This document shows, in pieces, positions 60,933 through 64,000 of a stretch of 64,000 bases of DNA. Numbering within the stretch: the stretch's first letter is position 1; every line of letters starts with the position of its first letter. The notes beneath the pieces are model-generated. The model worked only from the letters and a program-made list of their open reading frames with translations. It searched no databases and was not told where the DNA came from. The stretch spans positions 26,476,001 to 26,540,000 of the forward strand of contig CM075987.1 of NCBI GenBank assembly GCA_038087875.1. Direction: 5' to 3'. Made by a program: the position numbers and the translations under genes. The DNA is from Malacoraja senta. Taxonomy: Eukaryota.

Positions 60933-63009
60933 CTGACGGTCGATCCAGCTCGAGGTTTTCCAGGCGAGTGCCCTCGAGCTTGAAGGTCGAAGACATTTGC
61001 GTTAGTGGGACAGGCCCTTTATGATCGACTACAGGCGACTGCCACAAACTTTTCAACTTGTTGAAAAATTTTTGGCGACAGTGGCGACAATTTTTGCTGT
61101 CGTAGGTTGTCGCCAGGTGTCGTAGGTGGATTCCGTTAAAACTAGTCCCTGGCAGTCGCCTGAAGAGTCGCCTAAGTGGGACAGGCCCTTTACTAATCAA
61201 GAACCTAGCAATCTCAACTTTAAAAATACCAAAAGCTTTGGCCTCCACAGCCGGCTGTGGCAATGAATTCCACAGATTCACCACTCTCTAGCTAAAGAAA
61301 TTCCTCCTCATTTCCTTTCTAAATGTACATCCTTTTATTCTGAGGCTGTGCCCTCTCGCCTTGGAGTCTCCCCCAGATGGAAACACCCTGCTAACATTCC
61401 CTCTATCCAGGCCTTTCTTATTCGGTAAGTTTCAATGAGATGTGTAACGCAACCTATATACATAATATAACATTCAACAGAAATTCAACAAATTAATAAC
61501 CCAAATACCAGTGAAAAAGTCCTTAGTGAAACCAGAGATAGACATAAATGCTGGAGAAACTCAGCGGGTGAGGCAGCATCTATGGAGCAAAGGAATAGGT
61601 GACGTTTCGGGTCTCGACCCGAAACGTCACCTATTCCTTCGCTCCATAGATGCTGCCTCACCCGCTGAGTTTCTCCAGCATTTTTGCCAACCTTCAATTT
61701 TTCCAGCATCTGCAGTTCTTTCTTAAACATTAGTGTAACCAAAGATCAGTCCAAAGCTCATCAGTTAATTATAACAGATGAAAGAGAGAGGAAAAAGTAA
61801 CAAGCATTTGTATCGGAAAGAAAAAAAGTGAATGTACATAGTAAGATAGACACAAAGTCAGGCTGCATAGTCAGAGAGTGATGCAGAATAAACAGGCCCT
61901 TCGGCCCAACTTGCCCACACCTGCCAACATCTCCCAGCTACACTAGTCCCACCTGCCTGCGTTTGGTCCATATCCCTCCAAACCTGTCCTATCCATGTGC
62001 CAGTCTAACTGTTTCTTAAACGTTGGGATAGTCCCAGCCTCAACTGCCTCTTCTGGCAGCTCGTTCCATACACCCACCACACTGTGTGTGAAAATGTTAC
62101 CCCTCAGATTCCTATGAAATCTTTTCCCCTTCTTAGGGTCTCCACCCAAAACGTCACCCATTCCTTCTCTCCAGAGATGCTGCCTGTCCTGCTGAGTTAC
62201 TCCAGCGTTTTGTATCTATCTTCAATTACAAGAGTTGACTGTCCACAAAAAAAAACAAAGCACAATTACTGGCATCCTGCACAGGAATTATCCATCTGTC
62301 TAAAAACCAAGAGGCCATTGTACGTTGGGCCGAAGGGCCTGTTTCCACGCTGTATGACTCGATGACTACAACTCGTCAAGAAGCAAGATTGCATGCAACT
62401 AAAGCCTTTGGTTTACAATGGCTCACTGCAACTTGCACCTTCGTTGCTTAATATAGAGAGCTAATGTTACTTGTGAAAAATATACATCCTCTAGATGCGC
62501 TGGGACGCATCCTCGGTGATGCGATCGAGTCTCACAACATCAGACACCCTCGCCCAGGCGACCCAGCCGGGGTTGATCAGGCCCCGACTTGTGTCCCAGC
62601 AGCAACCGCCCACGGATCAGCCATCTTAATAACTACTCTGCAGGGGTTGGGAGATTCTAGTGCGTGGAGGCACTGGGCTCTGTGGGGTGAGTCCTGGCCG
62701 GGCTCCTCCTGCGTCTCACCATGAAGAAATCATGCGTTTTGCCCGGCATGAATATTACATCTCTGTCGATCATCTTGTCACCACAAGGTGCCCCAGAGGT
62801 TCCTGACACCCCAAAGTATTGCCAAAGTAGTCTGAACTCTGAAACCTTTACTTCATATCGTGCTGCTGCTAGGATACCCAGCCACTTCAAAAAATGTGGT
62901 GATAATCAGTCTTAATCATACATTTGAATTTGTGTCGAGAGACAGCTAGCTTATCCTGACTAAGGCCAACTTGGCATCAATTTCAGAGTTCCAGGATCAT
63001 TAACAGTAA

Positions 63010-63385
63010 AGGGCCTGTCCCACCAGCATGCGACCTGCATGTGGCGAACGCGACCAAACCGGAAGCGGGGGCCGCGCGGAGGTCGAGTGAGTGACGTGAA
63101 GTTCGAGCGAAGTCCGCGGGAAGTTCGCGCGTGACGTACGGCGTCGAGACGCAGCGCACGGCCGTCGAGGCGGTGCGTACGGCGTCGAGGCGGCTGCGGG
63201 CCGGCAGGCCGTTGCCGCGCGGAATTTTTGAACAGTGTCAGTTTTTCGGTGTCGGAACCAGCTCCGCACAACTCCATACGGCTCCAGCGATCGAAGTGGG
63301 ACCGGCTCCGCGAGGCCGTACGGCCCAAGCAACCACGGTAGGTCGCACTTGCCGCATGCAGTTGCATGCTCGTGGGACAGGCCCT
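63010..63385. mobile_element. GC-rich PIF/Harbinger-type MITE, intact
   Basis: TAA TSD at 63007-63009 and 63386-63388; ~30-bp imperfect TIR AGGGCCTGTCCCAC(C/G)AGCATGC; CpG-rich interior. Confidence 0.85.
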
Positions 63386-63407
63386 TAACTGGCAGGAGAG
63401 AATCAAT

Positions 63408-63773
63408 TTAGTTTAGTTTAGAGATACAGCGCAGGCCCTTCGGCCCACCGAGACGGCGCCGACCAGCGATCCCCGCACGCTAACACTATCCTACACACAT
63501 TAGGGACCGTTTTACATTTACACCAAGCCAATTAACCTACAAACCTGTACGTCTTTGTAGTGTGGGAGGAAAGCGAAGATCTCGGAGAAAACCCACGCGG
63601 GTCACGGGCAGAACGTGCAAACTCCGTACAGACAGCAAAGACGTACAGGTTTGTAGGTTAAATGTAAATTGTCCCTAGTGGGTGTAGGATAGCGTTAATG
63701 TGCGGGGATCGCTGGTCGGCACGGACCCGGTGGGCCAGTTTTTGCGCTGTATCTTTAAACTAAACTAAACTGA
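63408..63773. mobile_element. Inverted (fold-back) HE1-like SINE
   Basis: A minus-strand SINE 3' part (63408-63637) is joined directly to a plus-strand SINE 3' part (63638-63773). Confidence 0.75.
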
Positions 63774-64000
63774 ACCTGGAATATGAGCTCAGTATCTCCT
63801 CCCACAGATGCTGCCTGATCTGCTGAGTATTTACAGCATTCCCTGTTTTAATGTGGAGAGCTTCACTGATCTGGTGGACAGAATGTTCTAGCATCAGAGC
63901 ATGTATTAGTATTGGACAGGATCATAGCGAAGATCCACCAGAATAATAATGTGCTTTAAATTGAGGATAAGTTGCATAAACATCTTTTGTATTCCCTTCA

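Noticed and set aside
62960..63406. GC-rich ORFs or a CpG-island promoter
   Set aside because: The GC-rich block lies entirely within a MITE bounded by TIRs and a TAA TSD.

Overview
Repeat-dense, mostly intronic vertebrate DNA. The HE1-type V-SINE plus CR1/HER1 LINE pair points to an elasmobranch, probably a skate or ray. The only host exon I can support is the first coding exon of BRINP1 (DBC1/FAM5A) on the minus strand: exon 11059-10792, ATG at 11009, 218 coding nt, canonical AG/GT. This exon carries two compensating 1-nt indels (a base missing near 10940, an extra A near 10804-10805). As a result 44 strongly conserved codons sit out of frame, while exon length, phase and splice sites stay intact. 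The rest of the window is CR1, Rex1/Babar, L1, RTE and Penelope fragments, tRNA-derived SINEs, PIF/Harbinger-type MITEs, a hAT-like element, two solo LTRs, GT-rich microsatellites and several local duplications. Also notable are a Gypsy element whose internal region is inverted relative to its LTRs, and many Penelope-derived fold-back repeats carrying hammerhead-ribozyme-like cores. Repeat boundaries are approximate and family names are from recall, not database searches.
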